Assembly (NCBI GenBank): GCA_022646745.1
Contig: CP060262.1
Span: 3,897,188-3,961,187 of the forward strand
Source: Planctomycetales bacterium
Lineage (GTDB): Bacteria; 4484-113; JAFGCY01
DNA length: 64,000 nucleotides
Direction of reading: 5' to 3'
In this document: one piece after another, positions 28,504 to 38,863 of the stretch
How positions within the stretch are numbered: position 1 is the first letter of the stretch
How the letters are laid out: every line of letters begins with the position of its first letter
Program-made: the position numbers and the translations under genes
Notes under the pieces: generated by a model
The model's database searches: none
The model's input: only the letters and a program-made list of their open reading frames with translations
Told to the model about the DNA's origin: nothing

Positions 28504-29688
28504 TCAGGCGCCCTGGCTTGTGATCGGCAGTCCTACACGCCACAGCGTGACCGGCAGGTTGGTCTGCACACTGAGGTCGACGAGCCAGCACTGGCGGTCG
28601 TGCGCCGGGATTATACGCATGCCTGTCTGCAAGCCCTGGTACAGCCAGAGCCGGTTGCCTGCGGAGTCATAACAGAACAGCAGTCCGGTGACGGGGGTTG
28701 CCACCATTGATGTTGCATTTGGAGATCCGGCAGTGGGATCCGGATACTCCGCCGGGAAACCGCTTACGAATGTCTCACCGTTGAGGCCAGCCACGATGTC
28801 ACGCACGACGAGATCATCCGGCCACCGGAGTGCAAGCGACTGCCCATCAGCATCGAGGCCCTGCAAGCCATCGCCGATCCGCAGCCACAGGTTGCCTCCG
28901 CTGCTGCGCAATTCCCTGATCTCTGCTCCTGGCAATGCATTCCAAAGCACTTCGCCGGATGGATCCGCGCACTCCACACCGCCGTCAATTGCGGGATAGG
29001 CAATCCTCCCCGCATCCAGCAGGCCGGCATGGTGGCTGGCACTGTACTTCTTCCAGCGCAGTTCACCCTCCAAGTCCAGGCAGTACAGGAACCCGTCGTC
29101 ACTTGCCGCATAGGCATTGCCATCATCCAGCAGCAGGCGGGCCGGCGCTCCCATCAGGAAATTCCATTGCTCCTGCCCTTCGTAACTGAAACAGGTCACG
29201 GACTGTTCAAGGATCGTCGTCAACAGCACATCATCCAGCAATATACATGTGTCGGCAGCGGGATACTGCGAACCGGGCCAGAATGGCTCCGGTGTCCAGA
29301 GTTCACCGCTGCGGGCGAAGCCGGTATCCGGGACATCGTTGCGCCAGACCTCGAGGTAGCCGTCTCGCCGGGTTGTTGCCAGCCAGCCGTCCGGTCCCAG
29401 CAGCAGTTCACGGTCGGCCAGCACCTCCTGGTCGGGCAGCATCATCGGCCGGCTGCCGTAGTAGTTCCAGCCACCCAGTGAGGCATCGTCCTCAATCAGT
29501 CCATCGTTGAAGTTCATCATCACTCGCAGCCGGTTGCCGGCCTGCAGCTGGTAATGGCCGCCGGGGTAATCGCCACTGGCCAGCTCCATCGCCTTTGGCA
29601 CGCGGCTCTTGCCAGCCTGCCCGCTGCAGCCTGTAAGCAGGCTGATTGAAATGAGAACTGCGAACGAAAAACTTGCCAGCCGGCTCAT
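28504..29688 (-). CDS. PQQ-like (BamB-type) beta-propeller repeat lipoprotein, paralog 1 of 8
   Basis: Lipobox LLTGC; repeated G.LY.LD..G.L.W blade motifs (FLYCLDLEGELRW); ATG overlaps upstream stop (ATGA); GGGAGG RBS. Confidence 0.75.
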   Translation of the reverse strand: MSRLASFSFAVLISISLLTGCSGQAGKSRVPKAMELASGDYPGGHYQLQAGNRLRVMMNFNDGLIEDDASLGGWNYYGSRPMMLPDQEVLADRELLLGPDGWLATTRRDGYLEVWRNDVPDTGFARSGELWTPEPFWPGSQYPAADTCILLDDVLLTTILEQSVTCFSYEGQEQWNFLMGAPARLLLDDGNAYAASDDGFLYCLDLEGELRWKKYSASHHAGLLDAGRIAYPAIDGGVECADPSGEVLWNALPGAEIRELRSSGGNLWLRIGDGLQGLDADGQSLALRWPDDLVVRDIVAGLNGETFVSGFPAEYPDPTAGSPNATSMVATPVTGLLFCYDSAGNRLWLYQGLQTGMRIIPAHDRQCWLVDLSVQTNLPVTLWRVGLPITSQGA

Positions 29689-30911
29689 CGCGCACCTCCC
29701 AGCCTGCAGATGCGGTCAGGCCCGTCATCGCTGACAAGCAGCAGCTTGTCCTCGCCAAAACCGTAGATGCGGTCGCAGTGCAGTTCCAGCCAGACCGGCA
29801 CATTGACCGGCACGCTGAGGGCCGCGGTTTCAAGCTGCAACTGCAGAGTCCCCGCGCTGGATGAAGATACGTAAGCGAACTCGAAGTCCGGCAACTCGCC
29901 ACGCATCATCCCGCTGAGCATGCCTGGCAGGCCTGCCAGCAGCGGATACTGCGCGCGGCCGGCATACATCAGCAGCTGGTCATCCTGGATCGCCGTGCCA
30001 TCCAGCAGGTACAGCTCGCTCAGTTCAGTGCTGCGTGTCTCGGTCCCATCCACGCTGTAGCGTGCATACTTGCCATCCCGGAAGCGGGCGATGCCATCCT
30101 CTGTCAGCCAGCAGTACCTGCTTGGTCCGGCGCTGTAACTGCTGAGCTGGCCCAGCTGACTGGCAACAAGCTTCCCGTCCAGCCTGCTGAGGCTGGTGCT
30201 CCTGCCCCGCTCCAGCACCATGCCACTTTCGGCCAGCTCAATCCCGGAGACATCCCAGATGTTGCCACCTCCGACCAGCTCCATCTGCCCGTCCCGACTG
30301 ACCCGCACACGTCCGCCATTGGAGACAGTCTGCAGGTTTCCCTCACTGTCCACCTCCATCCAGGGCCGGCTGGCCAGAATAGATGTCGCATTGGGTATCC
30401 TGCGGACCCAGAGCTTCTTGCCATTGGCATCAAGCCCGTAAACCAGGGCGGTTGCCATAGTGAAGAATGTCGCCTGCGCTTCGTTGCCTCGACGCACGCG
30501 AGTATGCATTTCATTGTGTACAGGCTCGTAACGCCAGGATTCCGATCCCTCTGCATCGATTGCGATAGCCCTGCCATAGCGACCGGTCAGCACCATCAGG
30601 CCATCCCCTGCCTGCACGCTGCTGAGTGTGAAATGGGCCGGTGCCGCGAATTGCCAGTCCAGCCTGCCTTCCGTGCTGATCCGCGTTATTCGGCCGGAAC
30701 GCTCCTGCAGTACCAGGCCGCCCAGTCCATCGTCAATCGGTTCAAGCAGCAGCTCGCCGAAATCCGGATCGCCAAGTGTATGCAGGCTCAGCAGTTCATT
30801 CGGACTGAACAGGCGGGATGCAAGCATCATCAGCATGCCGGCCAACCAGCAAAGCAGCAGCGCGGCACTCACCATCACGGCCCTGCGTTGCCAGCGCTGC
30901 ATTGTATCCAT
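29685..30911 (-). CDS. PQQ-like beta-propeller repeat protein with N-terminal membrane anchor, paralog 2 of 8
   Basis: N-terminal TM (VMVSAALLLCWLAGMLMMLA); blade motif ALVYGLDANGKKLW. Confidence 0.75.
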   Translation of the reverse strand: MDTMQRWQRRAVMVSAALLLCWLAGMLMMLASRLFSPNELLSLHTLGDPDFGELLLEPIDDGLGGLVLQERSGRITRISTEGRLDWQFAAPAHFTLSSVQAGDGLMVLTGRYGRAIAIDAEGSESWRYEPVHNEMHTRVRRGNEAQATFFTMATALVYGLDANGKKLWVRRIPNATSILASRPWMEVDSEGNLQTVSNGGRVRVSRDGQMELVGGGNIWDVSGIELAESGMVLERGRSTSLSRLDGKLVASQLGQLSSYSAGPSRYCWLTEDGIARFRDGKYARYSVDGTETRSTELSELYLLDGTAIQDDQLLMYAGRAQYPLLAGLPGMLSGMMRGELPDFEFAYVSSSSAGTLQLQLETAALSVPVNVPVWLELHCDRIYGFGEDKLLLVSDDGPDRICRLGGAR

Positions 30912-30984
30912 GACCTGATTCTAGCTCAGCGGGGCACTGTCCCTGAGCTTTCCCTCCCATTACATGACTGGATCACCAACAGTG

Positions 30985-32124
30985 TTACTCGGGTGCGGAA
31001 AGCAGGACGAGGCCCTGCTTATCCTGCGTTGCGGTAAACAAGGTGCCATTGCTTCCGGTATGGGCAAAATAGGGGTAACCTTCCATCTTTTCACCGCGCC
31101 AGAGTACCTTTCCCTGTGGATTGATGCACAGCCAGTGGAAGGGAGTATTCACACGGTTTGCTATCCGGCCCCCAAACCAGCTGTTGCGGAAATCCCTGTC
31201 ATAGATCCTCAAAAAGGTGTATCCATCCCTGGAAAGCTCCAAACTGGACCAGCCAATTGATTCCAGCCTGCAGCGCCAGAGCCGCTTTCCATCCGCATCG
31301 TAGCAATCAACCCCCCAGCTCCGCTGGATCGCAAATCGATTTCCGGCATCATCGACTTTTGCATACACGTGGCCCAGCTTCTCACCGGAGTGATCCTGGA
31401 TCCAGAGTTCCGTTCCTTCCCAATCCAGGCATACGAGGTTCAGTGAATCAGATCCCGTGACAAGTATCCTGTCACCGAAGGCCTGAGCCTGCTGCACACC
31501 CTTGCGGGTCCAGCTGACCCGCCCCTGGCTGTCCAGGCAGGCAAGCTCCCCGTCCCGCCCGAACACCAGCAGGTGCTGGTAGTCCTGCGACTGGCTGAAG
31601 CTGATCATGTATCCGCCCATGTATTCCCAGCTGGGATTGCCCTGCTGGTCAAATCCGACAATCTGCTGCTGGTCATACATCACGAACGGATCCGTTCCGA
31701 GGAAGCCCATGCTGCCATCCTGGCCGGAGTACCTGACAAAGTTGCCAGAACTTCCATCAGATGCGGTATCCGGCCGACTCAGCAATACTGAGTCATTGCC
31801 ACGGTCGCTGAAAACGAGCCGCACCCCGCCACTGGGCCCGTTGTCGGGGAAGAGGTACTGTCCGTCCGGCCCCGCTACCATCTCGGTCAGCTGGCTCGAA
31901 TAGACCGGGTAGCCCTGTTGCGATGCCTGGCTGGCGGTTGGCTTGTCACCTGCCTCCTTCTCCGCATCGATGCTGAGCATGCCGCTGCCCTGCCAGTTGA
32001 GCACAGTATTGTCATCTGAAACAAGCATCGGCCCGAGCACATTCAGTTCACGCTCCATGGCAACAGGAACCCTGCCGCAGGATACCAGTAGCAGCAATGC
32101 CATCAACAGGACAGCGCTATACAT
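30985..32124 (-). CDS. PQQ-like beta-propeller repeat lipoprotein, paralog 3 of 8
   Basis: Lipobox LLLVSC; blade motif LLVFGRDGELACLDSQGRVSW. Confidence 0.75.
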   Translation of the reverse strand: MYSAVLLMALLLLVSCGRVPVAMERELNVLGPMLVSDDNTVLNWQGSGMLSIDAEKEAGDKPTASQASQQGYPVYSSQLTEMVAGPDGQYLFPDNGPSGGVRLVFSDRGNDSVLLSRPDTASDGSSGNFVRYSGQDGSMGFLGTDPFVMYDQQQIVGFDQQGNPSWEYMGGYMISFSQSQDYQHLLVFGRDGELACLDSQGRVSWTRKGVQQAQAFGDRILVTGSDSLNLVCLDWEGTELWIQDHSGEKLGHVYAKVDDAGNRFAIQRSWGVDCYDADGKRLWRCRLESIGWSSLELSRDGYTFLRIYDRDFRNSWFGGRIANRVNTPFHWLCINPQGKVLWRGEKMEGYPYFAHTGSNGTLFTATQDKQGLVLLSAPE

Positions 32125-33412
32125 CGGCAGCCTCCAGCGCCAGGCACCTGAGCTGCTTGTCGTTGCTGATCAGGTAGATCCGGTCCTTGCTGCAGTGCAT
32201 CGCCGAGAAGCCGTTGAAGTTCTGCCCGCTGCCGATATCCAGTGCAGCCAGCCTCTCCCCTTCGCGGATCACTTCCAAGCGGAACACCTGGGACTGCTGC
32301 AGCCTCGGATTCAGCTGGCCGGCAGCCGGCGAAGCGAAAGGCAGGGCTGCAGAGACCATGGGAAACAAGGCGGACAGGTGTTCCAGTGCGGTCAGCAGGT
32401 TGTCAGTCCTGCCCGTCACCAGTGCGAATGCATCCCCCAGGTCCTGGGCATCCGAAACACTGCCGGCTTCAAGTGGAATGCTCCATTGCTCCTCAAGCTG
32501 GTAGTCCAGCGCACGCACCACGGCATCACTGGTCGGCACGAGGATCAGCCCGGCTGAACTGGCAACCTGGTTGGGACTGATGTAGAAACCGGGCGATGTA
32601 CCCAGCTGATTGATCTTCTTGTGGATCTGCTCCCCGTCCCTGACCAGGCAGAGCTGGTTGCCACCGGAGTACAGCAGTTCGCCGTTGCCGACAACTCCAC
32701 GCAGGTCCAGTATCTCCCCGCTGAAGTAGATCTGCTGTCCACCGGCCGTCTTCGCGGGAGTTTTCGGCTTGCTGGGACGTTCGAGCGGAATGCGCTCGCC
32801 ACTAATTGTGTAAATGCTCACGCTGGAGAAATCGTTGCACAGGAAGCTGTAGCTGCCGGCGTACTCGAAATAGCTTGGCAGCCCAAACGGGTCATACATC
32901 TGCCTGGTATTGACAACCCAGCATGGCTCGCCGGCCGCGCTGATTCCGTAGAGCAGGATGCCCTGCTTGAGGAAGGCGACCGCCTGGCTGCCTTCCCGTG
33001 GCTCAAGCAATTCACGGTACCGCTGCGGATCGGGCCGGCAGTTCCACAGTTCCTGTCCCTGTGCATCGAGGGCAAGCAGCTCACCCTTGCCTGTGGTCAG
33101 GTAGGTGATGGCATCTACCCGCTGGATCGGTGAGCGGATACTGTCAATCGTGTGCTCCCGGCTCCATAACACCCTGCCATCGGGAGTGATCATCTGGAGC
33201 TGTCCGGCCAGCATGTCCTGGGTGTAGACAAGGCAGCCATCTTCGGATGCATCCACTACGGCACACCATGTCGCATCAAGCTGCCTGCTCCAGAGCTGCG
33301 TGAGCCCACTGTCCCTGCCGATTGCCAGCCTGAGCGTAATCCAGCCAGCCGCCCACAGCACGGCGTAAACTGCAATTGCCAGCACCATTTTCCGGTGGAT
33401 CCTGCTTGCCAT
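32117..33412 (-). CDS. PQQ-like beta-propeller repeat protein with N-terminal membrane anchor, paralog 4 of 8
   Basis: N-terminal TM (MVLAIAVYAVLWAAGWITL); blade motif LLALDAQGQELW; 8-nt overlap with next gene. Confidence 0.75.
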   Translation of the reverse strand: MASRIHRKMVLAIAVYAVLWAAGWITLRLAIGRDSGLTQLWSRQLDATWCAVVDASEDGCLVYTQDMLAGQLQMITPDGRVLWSREHTIDSIRSPIQRVDAITYLTTGKGELLALDAQGQELWNCRPDPQRYRELLEPREGSQAVAFLKQGILLYGISAAGEPCWVVNTRQMYDPFGLPSYFEYAGSYSFLCNDFSSVSIYTISGERIPLERPSKPKTPAKTAGGQQIYFSGEILDLRGVVGNGELLYSGGNQLCLVRDGEQIHKKINQLGTSPGFYISPNQVASSAGLILVPTSDAVVRALDYQLEEQWSIPLEAGSVSDAQDLGDAFALVTGRTDNLLTALEHLSALFPMVSAALPFASPAAGQLNPRLQQSQVFRLEVIREGERLAALDIGSGQNFNGFSAMHCSKDRIYLISNDKQLRCLALEAADV

Positions 33413-33510
33413 GTTTCCCTGCCAGTCCCTGCAAAGATGCCCGTTCAGTTATTGCTCCGGGCAAACAATGGTTCAATTGTAAATCAGGACGCTGCCGGAC
33501 CGTCCCGGGT

Positions 33511-34692
33511 TCAGAAGCCACGCCACATGGAACCCGGCGGGCCATGGAAGGTGAGTACGCTGTTGTTCCCCACCTCGAACTGGCCGATCAGACCACCGGA
33601 GAAGGTCAGGGCTCCGTGGCTGCGCACCATCTCCCCATCGGCGGCCTGCCAGATGACCTGCCCGTCGGGATCCACACAGAACCCAAGCTCAGAGATGCGG
33701 AACGGGAACATCCCTTCGCGCTCGACAGAGCCGTTGTAGGCTTGCTGGTAACGGACAAAGGCAAACATATGACCGTCCGGCGCACCAACGAAGTAGGAGA
33801 AGCCGGTGTCGCCAACCGGCAGTTCGGTACGCCACAGCTCCTCACCTGCCGTGCTGATGCATAGTGCGGTCCTGCGATAATCGTGAGCAAAAATCCGTCC
33901 ATTGGACACGGCGGTCGGCAGGCAGGTAATGTCCATCTCGAGCTCCCATAGCAGCTTGCCATCGCTGTCCAGGGCTCGAAGCCTGCCGTCAGTGCTGTAA
34001 CCGTAGAAGCTGCTGCCATCCGTCACGCAGCTCTGCATTTCGGGATTGCTCCAGAGCAATTCTCCGTTCCCGTCCAGCGCAAGGATCATCCCGTAGAAGC
34101 AGCTGATATACAGCCTTTCCCCATTCGTACTCGATTGGAGTTGGGCATTGCTCCCTACATTGAATTCCCAAAGCGGATTGCCCTGCAGGTCGAATGCTCC
34201 GAGCATCTGTGCGTCATCGTCGGCAATCACCACCATCCCGTCCAGGAACGCCGCCTCATTGCCAAACTGGCAGTCAAAGGAACGGCCATAGGTTGACAGC
34301 GTAAGTTCGGTTTCCAGCGGCACCATCACGGACGGGTCCGCCCGCGACACAAGCAGGGGCCGGGAGTATGAATCAGTGATGGCCAACCAGTCGTCATTCC
34401 AGCCGCGGATCTCGAGTCGACCGGGATTGAATGTCATTTCCGAGCCATCCGGCCAGACGGCATCCATGCCTGTACCCTGTGCAATCAGCTGCTCCGGTTC
34501 ACCGGGCACCATGCGATAAAGGCTGAAAGTCGGCATGTCCAGTGAAAGGATGCTGCCATCCTCCAGCTCGGCATAGTAGTAACCGGAGAGGGAGTAACTG
34601 CGCGTGTCTGATGCCGGCAGCACTTCAGGCTGGGCTTGCAACATAGCTGATGGGATGGCAACAAGCAGCAGTGCGATGACGAGCGCTTTCAT
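33511..34692 (-). CDS. PQQ-like beta-propeller repeat exported protein, paralog 5 of 8
   Basis: Signal peptide MKALVIALLLVAIPSAMLQA; blade motifs AFDLQGNPLW, ILALDGNGELLW, LRALDSDGKLLW, VDPDGQVIW. Confidence 0.8.
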   Translation of the reverse strand: MKALVIALLLVAIPSAMLQAQPEVLPASDTRSYSLSGYYYAELEDGSILSLDMPTFSLYRMVPGEPEQLIAQGTGMDAVWPDGSEMTFNPGRLEIRGWNDDWLAITDSYSRPLLVSRADPSVMVPLETELTLSTYGRSFDCQFGNEAAFLDGMVVIADDDAQMLGAFDLQGNPLWEFNVGSNAQLQSSTNGERLYISCFYGMILALDGNGELLWSNPEMQSCVTDGSSFYGYSTDGRLRALDSDGKLLWELEMDITCLPTAVSNGRIFAHDYRRTALCISTAGEELWRTELPVGDTGFSYFVGAPDGHMFAFVRYQQAYNGSVEREGMFPFRISELGFCVDPDGQVIWQAADGEMVRSHGALTFSGGLIGQFEVGNNSVLTFHGPPGSMWRGF

Positions 34693-35888
34693 AGTCCCGC
34701 CTCCAGACCATATACCCAGACGCCTTGCCTCGCATGCCAGACCACTATGCCTCCTCCCGCAATCGCTGACATGTGATAGTCCTCGGAAAGTACGGGGCCA
34801 AACAGCGACTGCTGCCAGGCGATCCGATCGTCTGAAACCTCAAGCATGATGATGTCACTTACGAATGCTGATCCATCCTTGCCCGCAGGTAGCTCCTCGG
34901 CGGCAGGCAGGCCCACGAGAGCAGTCCCGGCTGCCTGGCCATCCGCCAGTGGCGTGCTGCCCAGCAGCAGCACGCGAGTCCCGGACTGCACCACATCAAG
35001 CACCTGCCCTGGCAGGTCCAGCGCGTCACTGTGAACCACCAGGCTGTCGTCAAGCAGGCCAAACACCCTGCCCCAGCGCCTGCCTCCCCAGCCAATGTTG
35101 CCAGTTCCGAACTGGAAGTCCTTGAATCCGCCGCTGTCAAGCGACTCCGTGCGCATGCTCGACTCCAGCGAGAAGCTGAGCTGTTGGTCCAGCAGCTGCA
35201 TACGGCCATCATCGCCATACACCAGCATCCGTCCGTCCGGCAGCACCGCCGCATGGTCCCCCCAGCGGGTGCCTTCCGGGCCGTTGATACTGTGCTTGAT
35301 GCCTTGGCTGTCCAGCCAAAGGAGCTCCCGGTCCGGCGTACGATACATCCACAGCAGGTCCAGCGGCAGCTGCTGCGGGTCAAATGGATCCAGCCAGGTG
35401 TCGTAGAGTTCTCCGTTGTCAGACATCCAGCACAAGCCGCCGCTGCTGTCCAGTCCGTAATCGAAGCGCCCGTCGGAGGTCCGCACTACTGCAGGCGCTG
35501 CGTCCGTCCCCGGCAGGTGCTCCAGTGCTTTCCACGGTTCGGGATGGAATTCCCAGGCCGGCTGCCCTTGCCTGTCCACTGCCCAAGCCTGGCCACCCAT
35601 GCCGGTGAATATCGTGAACCCGGGAAACTCGTAGCAGCGCCAGGCAATGTTCCAGCGCAGCCAGTCCGCATGCCAGATGTGCTGTCCCGTGGCATCATAG
35701 TGGGAGATGCCAAGGTTGACATCCTTGACATACAGGCCGCCCTTGTTGCCAACGACCACGGATGATTCGCCTGCTGCCGCTGGCAGGCTCCACTTCAGCT
35801 GCAGCGGATCATCCTGCGCCATCGCCACCCCGCCAGCCAGCAGGCATGCCAGCAAGGCCATAAGTCCCGTCACCCTTGTTCGTGTCAT
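34689..35888 (-). CDS. PQQ-like beta-propeller repeat exported protein, paralog 6 of 8
   Basis: Signal peptide ...LLACLLAGGVAMA; blade motif AWAVDRQGQPAW; stop overlaps next start (ATGA). Confidence 0.75.
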   Translation of the reverse strand: MTRTRVTGLMALLACLLAGGVAMAQDDPLQLKWSLPAAAGESSVVVGNKGGLYVKDVNLGISHYDATGQHIWHADWLRWNIAWRCYEFPGFTIFTGMGGQAWAVDRQGQPAWEFHPEPWKALEHLPGTDAAPAVVRTSDGRFDYGLDSSGGLCWMSDNGELYDTWLDPFDPQQLPLDLLWMYRTPDRELLWLDSQGIKHSINGPEGTRWGDHAAVLPDGRMLVYGDDGRMQLLDQQLSFSLESSMRTESLDSGGFKDFQFGTGNIGWGGRRWGRVFGLLDDSLVVHSDALDLPGQVLDVVQSGTRVLLLGSTPLADGQAAGTALVGLPAAEELPAGKDGSAFVSDIIMLEVSDDRIAWQQSLFGPVLSEDYHMSAIAGGGIVVWHARQGVWVYGLEAGL

Positions 35889-35941
35889 GGATGGATTGTA
35901 AGGCAGGGACGCTTACTATGCACAATCGCTGTTCTACCGGC

Positions 35942-37105
35942 TTATTGTTGGCTTCCTGATGAATCGACCGGATCGAGGCAGACCAAGGTTTCCGGCTTGC
36001 GCTCATAGACGTACAACCGGCCATCATAACCAGGCAGGTAGTTGCCATTGTGAGAAGCAGTCTTAGTCGAACTCCAGAGGAACCTGCCCTGTGGATCAAT
36101 GCAGCTCCACCGACTATCCCTGACGGTACTACCTGTTGTGAATCTCGATAAAAACATGCTGCGTCCAATACTCCAGTCAATTCGCCAGATAAAGACATAT
36201 CCATCCGGACTGATGTAATACGGCGAAGTGAACTCGTCGCCCATGTCATACACCCATTGTTCCTTGCCTTCCCGGTCATAGGCATGCAGGAACTGGCCAC
36301 TGCCGACAACGCACAGCGGGCTGCGTGGCTCCGTCAGCAGGCGTGGGAATTCCATGTCCAGAAGTGGAACCTGCCACTGCTCTTTGCCATCCCAATCAAG
36401 GCACAGCAGGTTTCCCTTATCGTCCAGCGTAACCAGCCTGTCACCCATGGACAGGGTGGAGAAGCAGCCCATGCGCTTCCAGAGCAGCTCTCCCTGCGGG
36501 CTGAGGCAATGCAACGAGCCGGACTGGCAACCAAGAGCAATTCGCTTGTCGTCATCTGCCCTTAGCAGGTAGCTGCCTGCGTCGCCGTTGAAGCGCCAGG
36601 CAGGCTGCAGCGCAGAGTCATATGCCTGCACGAACTGGCTGTTGTAGAGGATGACCGGATTGCCATCTAGGGAGCATGCGTCAAAGCGGTCACTCATGTT
36701 TACTCGCGGGGGCCAGCCGGATCCTTCCGGAATGCCGAGTTCGACATATTCATTGCCAGCATTGCCATCCAGCACCCAGGTCCGTCCGTCAGCGGCGACG
36801 ATGTAGCGTCCCTCACCGATCGGGACGAGCTGGTTGAGGCCCTGGCTCCTGAGGGCATCCGGCAGCAAAGGACTTCCGGATCCAGCGGAGCTGGCCTGCC
36901 CCAGGTCTACGCCGGAAAACTCACCAGCTGCTGAAACCTCTGCCATTCCCCTGCCGTGGTAAAGCCGCAGGCTGTTGTCAGGCAGCACTTCCATGCTGCC
37001 ATACAACCTGGTCTCATATGTGTGCTGTACGTTCTCCTCTTCCGCACGGGACATATCGCAGGCGGACAGGATCATTGCGCAAAGCAGCAGGGCGATGATC
37101 CTCAC
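35942..37105 (-). CDS. PQQ-like beta-propeller repeat lipoprotein, paralog 7 of 8
   Basis: Probable GTG start at 37105 (GGAG upstream, GTGA overlap with upstream stop) giving lipoprotein signal MRIIALLLCAMILSAC; blade motifs LHCLSPQGELLW, LLCLDWDGKEQW. Track ORF extends to 37138 (TTG). Confidence 0.7.
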   Translation of the reverse strand: MRIIALLLCAMILSACDMSRAEEENVQHTYETRLYGSMEVLPDNSLRLYHGRGMAEVSAAGEFSGVDLGQASSAGSGSPLLPDALRSQGLNQLVPIGEGRYIVAADGRTWVLDGNAGNEYVELGIPEGSGWPPRVNMSDRFDACSLDGNPVILYNSQFVQAYDSALQPAWRFNGDAGSYLLRADDDKRIALGCQSGSLHCLSPQGELLWKRMGCFSTLSMGDRLVTLDDKGNLLCLDWDGKEQWQVPLLDMEFPRLLTEPRSPLCVVGSGQFLHAYDREGKEQWVYDMGDEFTSPYYISPDGYVFIWRIDWSIGRSMFLSRFTTGSTVRDSRWSCIDPQGRFLWSSTKTASHNGNYLPGYDGRLYVYERKPETLVCLDPVDSSGSQQ

Positions 37106-38376
37106 TGGCCTGCTCCAATCACATAGCAGTCCAGCCAATCTCCATTGCTTATGTACACCCGGGAGCCGCTGACTGCCAGGCGAAACCTCACATTCCCGAT
37201 GTACGGGATGCTGATGCTGCCAAGTATCCGCTCATCACTGACGAGCTGTAACCTGCGGTCCGTGTTATAGCCGTAGAACCCCTGGCTTTTGAGGTACTGT
37301 GTCTTGCCGGGGAACAGGAAGCTGTCCAGTGGCTTGATGCTGTCACCGAGTTTGCGCAGGCTGCGAGCAATGTTGTCAGCATCCTGGGTCATCAATACGA
37401 AGCCGGCGTCACAGGGCTTCACTTCGTCAATCCGGCTGCTGATCGGTGCATGCTCCGCAATCTGCCGGCCCTGCAGGTCAAGGATTGCCAGGCTGGAATC
37501 ATTGAACAGCACGAGCAGGCGATTGCCGCCACAGAATGACTTATCAATCCTGACAGCGGTGGAGGGAATTGGAACCGTGAAGATCTGTGCGTCCTTGCCA
37601 TCCATTAGCTGGAAGCGATCCTCACATCGCAGCAGGGGCACCTCTCCTTCAGTCAGTCCAACCAGCTGGACCAGCTCAGGAGCTGGTGCCAGTGAAGCAT
37701 GCTCAACCGGCTTTGGCTCACTGAGCAATTCAGTGGACGGAACGGAGACGCTGCCATCCGGCCAGGCAGTTGTCATGTTGGCCCAGTTGATCACATAAGC
37801 CGCCTGCCCGTTGATTGTCATCCGGGAGTGCAGGTGCTCGATCCACGGGTCTGCTCCAGGGTTGACCGTCCAGCACAATTCTCCATCAGTCCTCAGGCCG
37901 TACAGCATGGAGCCATTCTGGCTGTATAACTCGGCAGTTGGCGCAGTTGCCAGTTTCAGTGGGTCGCTGAATTCGCGGGACTGCTCATCGTATGACCACT
38001 GCCTGTTCCCGGCTGCATCCACTGCATACATCCGGCCGTCAGTCAGGCTGATGTAGCAGTTGCCATCCTGCTCATGGACGCAGTCCTTCAAGTAGACTCC
38101 TGACTCGCGAAACGTCCAACGGACCTCTCCACTCTGTGGGTCGATCGAGATTACGCCTGCACTTATTCCACGGTTGTCCAGCAGGTACAGCCCGCCCTCA
38201 TTTCCAGCCTGCAGATTCATGTACTCGTAAGCCAAGGGGATCCGCCAGGCGTGTGTGAATGGGGATTGCTCGCGTCGGCCCTGCCCCAGGTACAGCGCTC
38301 CCGCCAGCCACAGCAGCAGGCAGGCCAGCATCGTGCCGGCAATCAGCCTGTGCTCGCGGGATGTCGCTTGCTGCAT
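37102..38376 (-). CDS. PQQ-like beta-propeller repeat protein with N-terminal membrane anchor, paralog 8 of 8
   Basis: Start set at ATG 38376 (track extension to 38472 overlaps upstream gene); TM LIAGTMLACLLLWLAGALYL; blade motifs MYAVDAAGNRQW, LYGLRTDGELCW. Confidence 0.7.
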   Translation of the reverse strand: MQQATSREHRLIAGTMLACLLLWLAGALYLGQGRREQSPFTHAWRIPLAYEYMNLQAGNEGGLYLLDNRGISAGVISIDPQSGEVRWTFRESGVYLKDCVHEQDGNCYISLTDGRMYAVDAAGNRQWSYDEQSREFSDPLKLATAPTAELYSQNGSMLYGLRTDGELCWTVNPGADPWIEHLHSRMTINGQAAYVINWANMTTAWPDGSVSVPSTELLSEPKPVEHASLAPAPELVQLVGLTEGEVPLLRCEDRFQLMDGKDAQIFTVPIPSTAVRIDKSFCGGNRLLVLFNDSSLAILDLQGRQIAEHAPISSRIDEVKPCDAGFVLMTQDADNIARSLRKLGDSIKPLDSFLFPGKTQYLKSQGFYGYNTDRRLQLVSDERILGSISIPYIGNVRFRLAVSGSRVYISNGDWLDCYVIGAGQ

Positions 38377-38399
38377 CTGCTGCAAGCATAGCGCAGAAG

Positions 38400-38795
38400 C
38401 TAGTGTTCCTCCCAGACGATCAGCGCCGCATCCGCCAGGTCGTTGTCTGGCATTCCGAACAAGCGCCGCCACATCTGCTTGAACTCGGCCTCGTCATGCG
38501 GCCACTGTTCCAGCCACTCCCTGAATTGCGGCCACTGGAACAGCGTCGGGATGTCCCCCACCCCGCGGCAGTAGTCGTGGATCATCTCCCAGCAGATCGG
38601 CACCACCGTGCCCGGCTTCTGTGCCGTGCTGCCGCGCATGAAATTCACCAGCACGCCGCGCTCGGGCTTGTCCTCGCCGCGCACCATCGCCACCCCGGTG
38701 CCCCGGTCCACGGCGTAGTAATGCGGCTCGATGTATACGATCTGCACGGCTAGGATGATAGCCGAGGGCGGCTGCTGGGAACCTCTGGCTTGCAC
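38400..38795 (-). CDS. hypothetical Trp-rich small protein, first gene of the minus-strand propeller operon
   Basis: 131-aa ORF (GTG start) ending 21 nt before paralog 8; no recognised domain. Confidence 0.4.
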   Translation of the reverse strand: MQARGSQQPPSAIILAVQIVYIEPHYYAVDRGTGVAMVRGEDKPERGVLVNFMRGSTAQKPGTVVPICWEMIHDYCRGVGDIPTLFQWPQFREWLEQWPHDEAEFKQMWRRLFGMPDNDLADAALIVWEEH

Positions 38796-38863
38796 TCTGT
38801 AACGATTTGCCCAACAATTGCATCAGGTAATCGGACAGTCCGTGGGAAGGAGGGGAACAGCAG

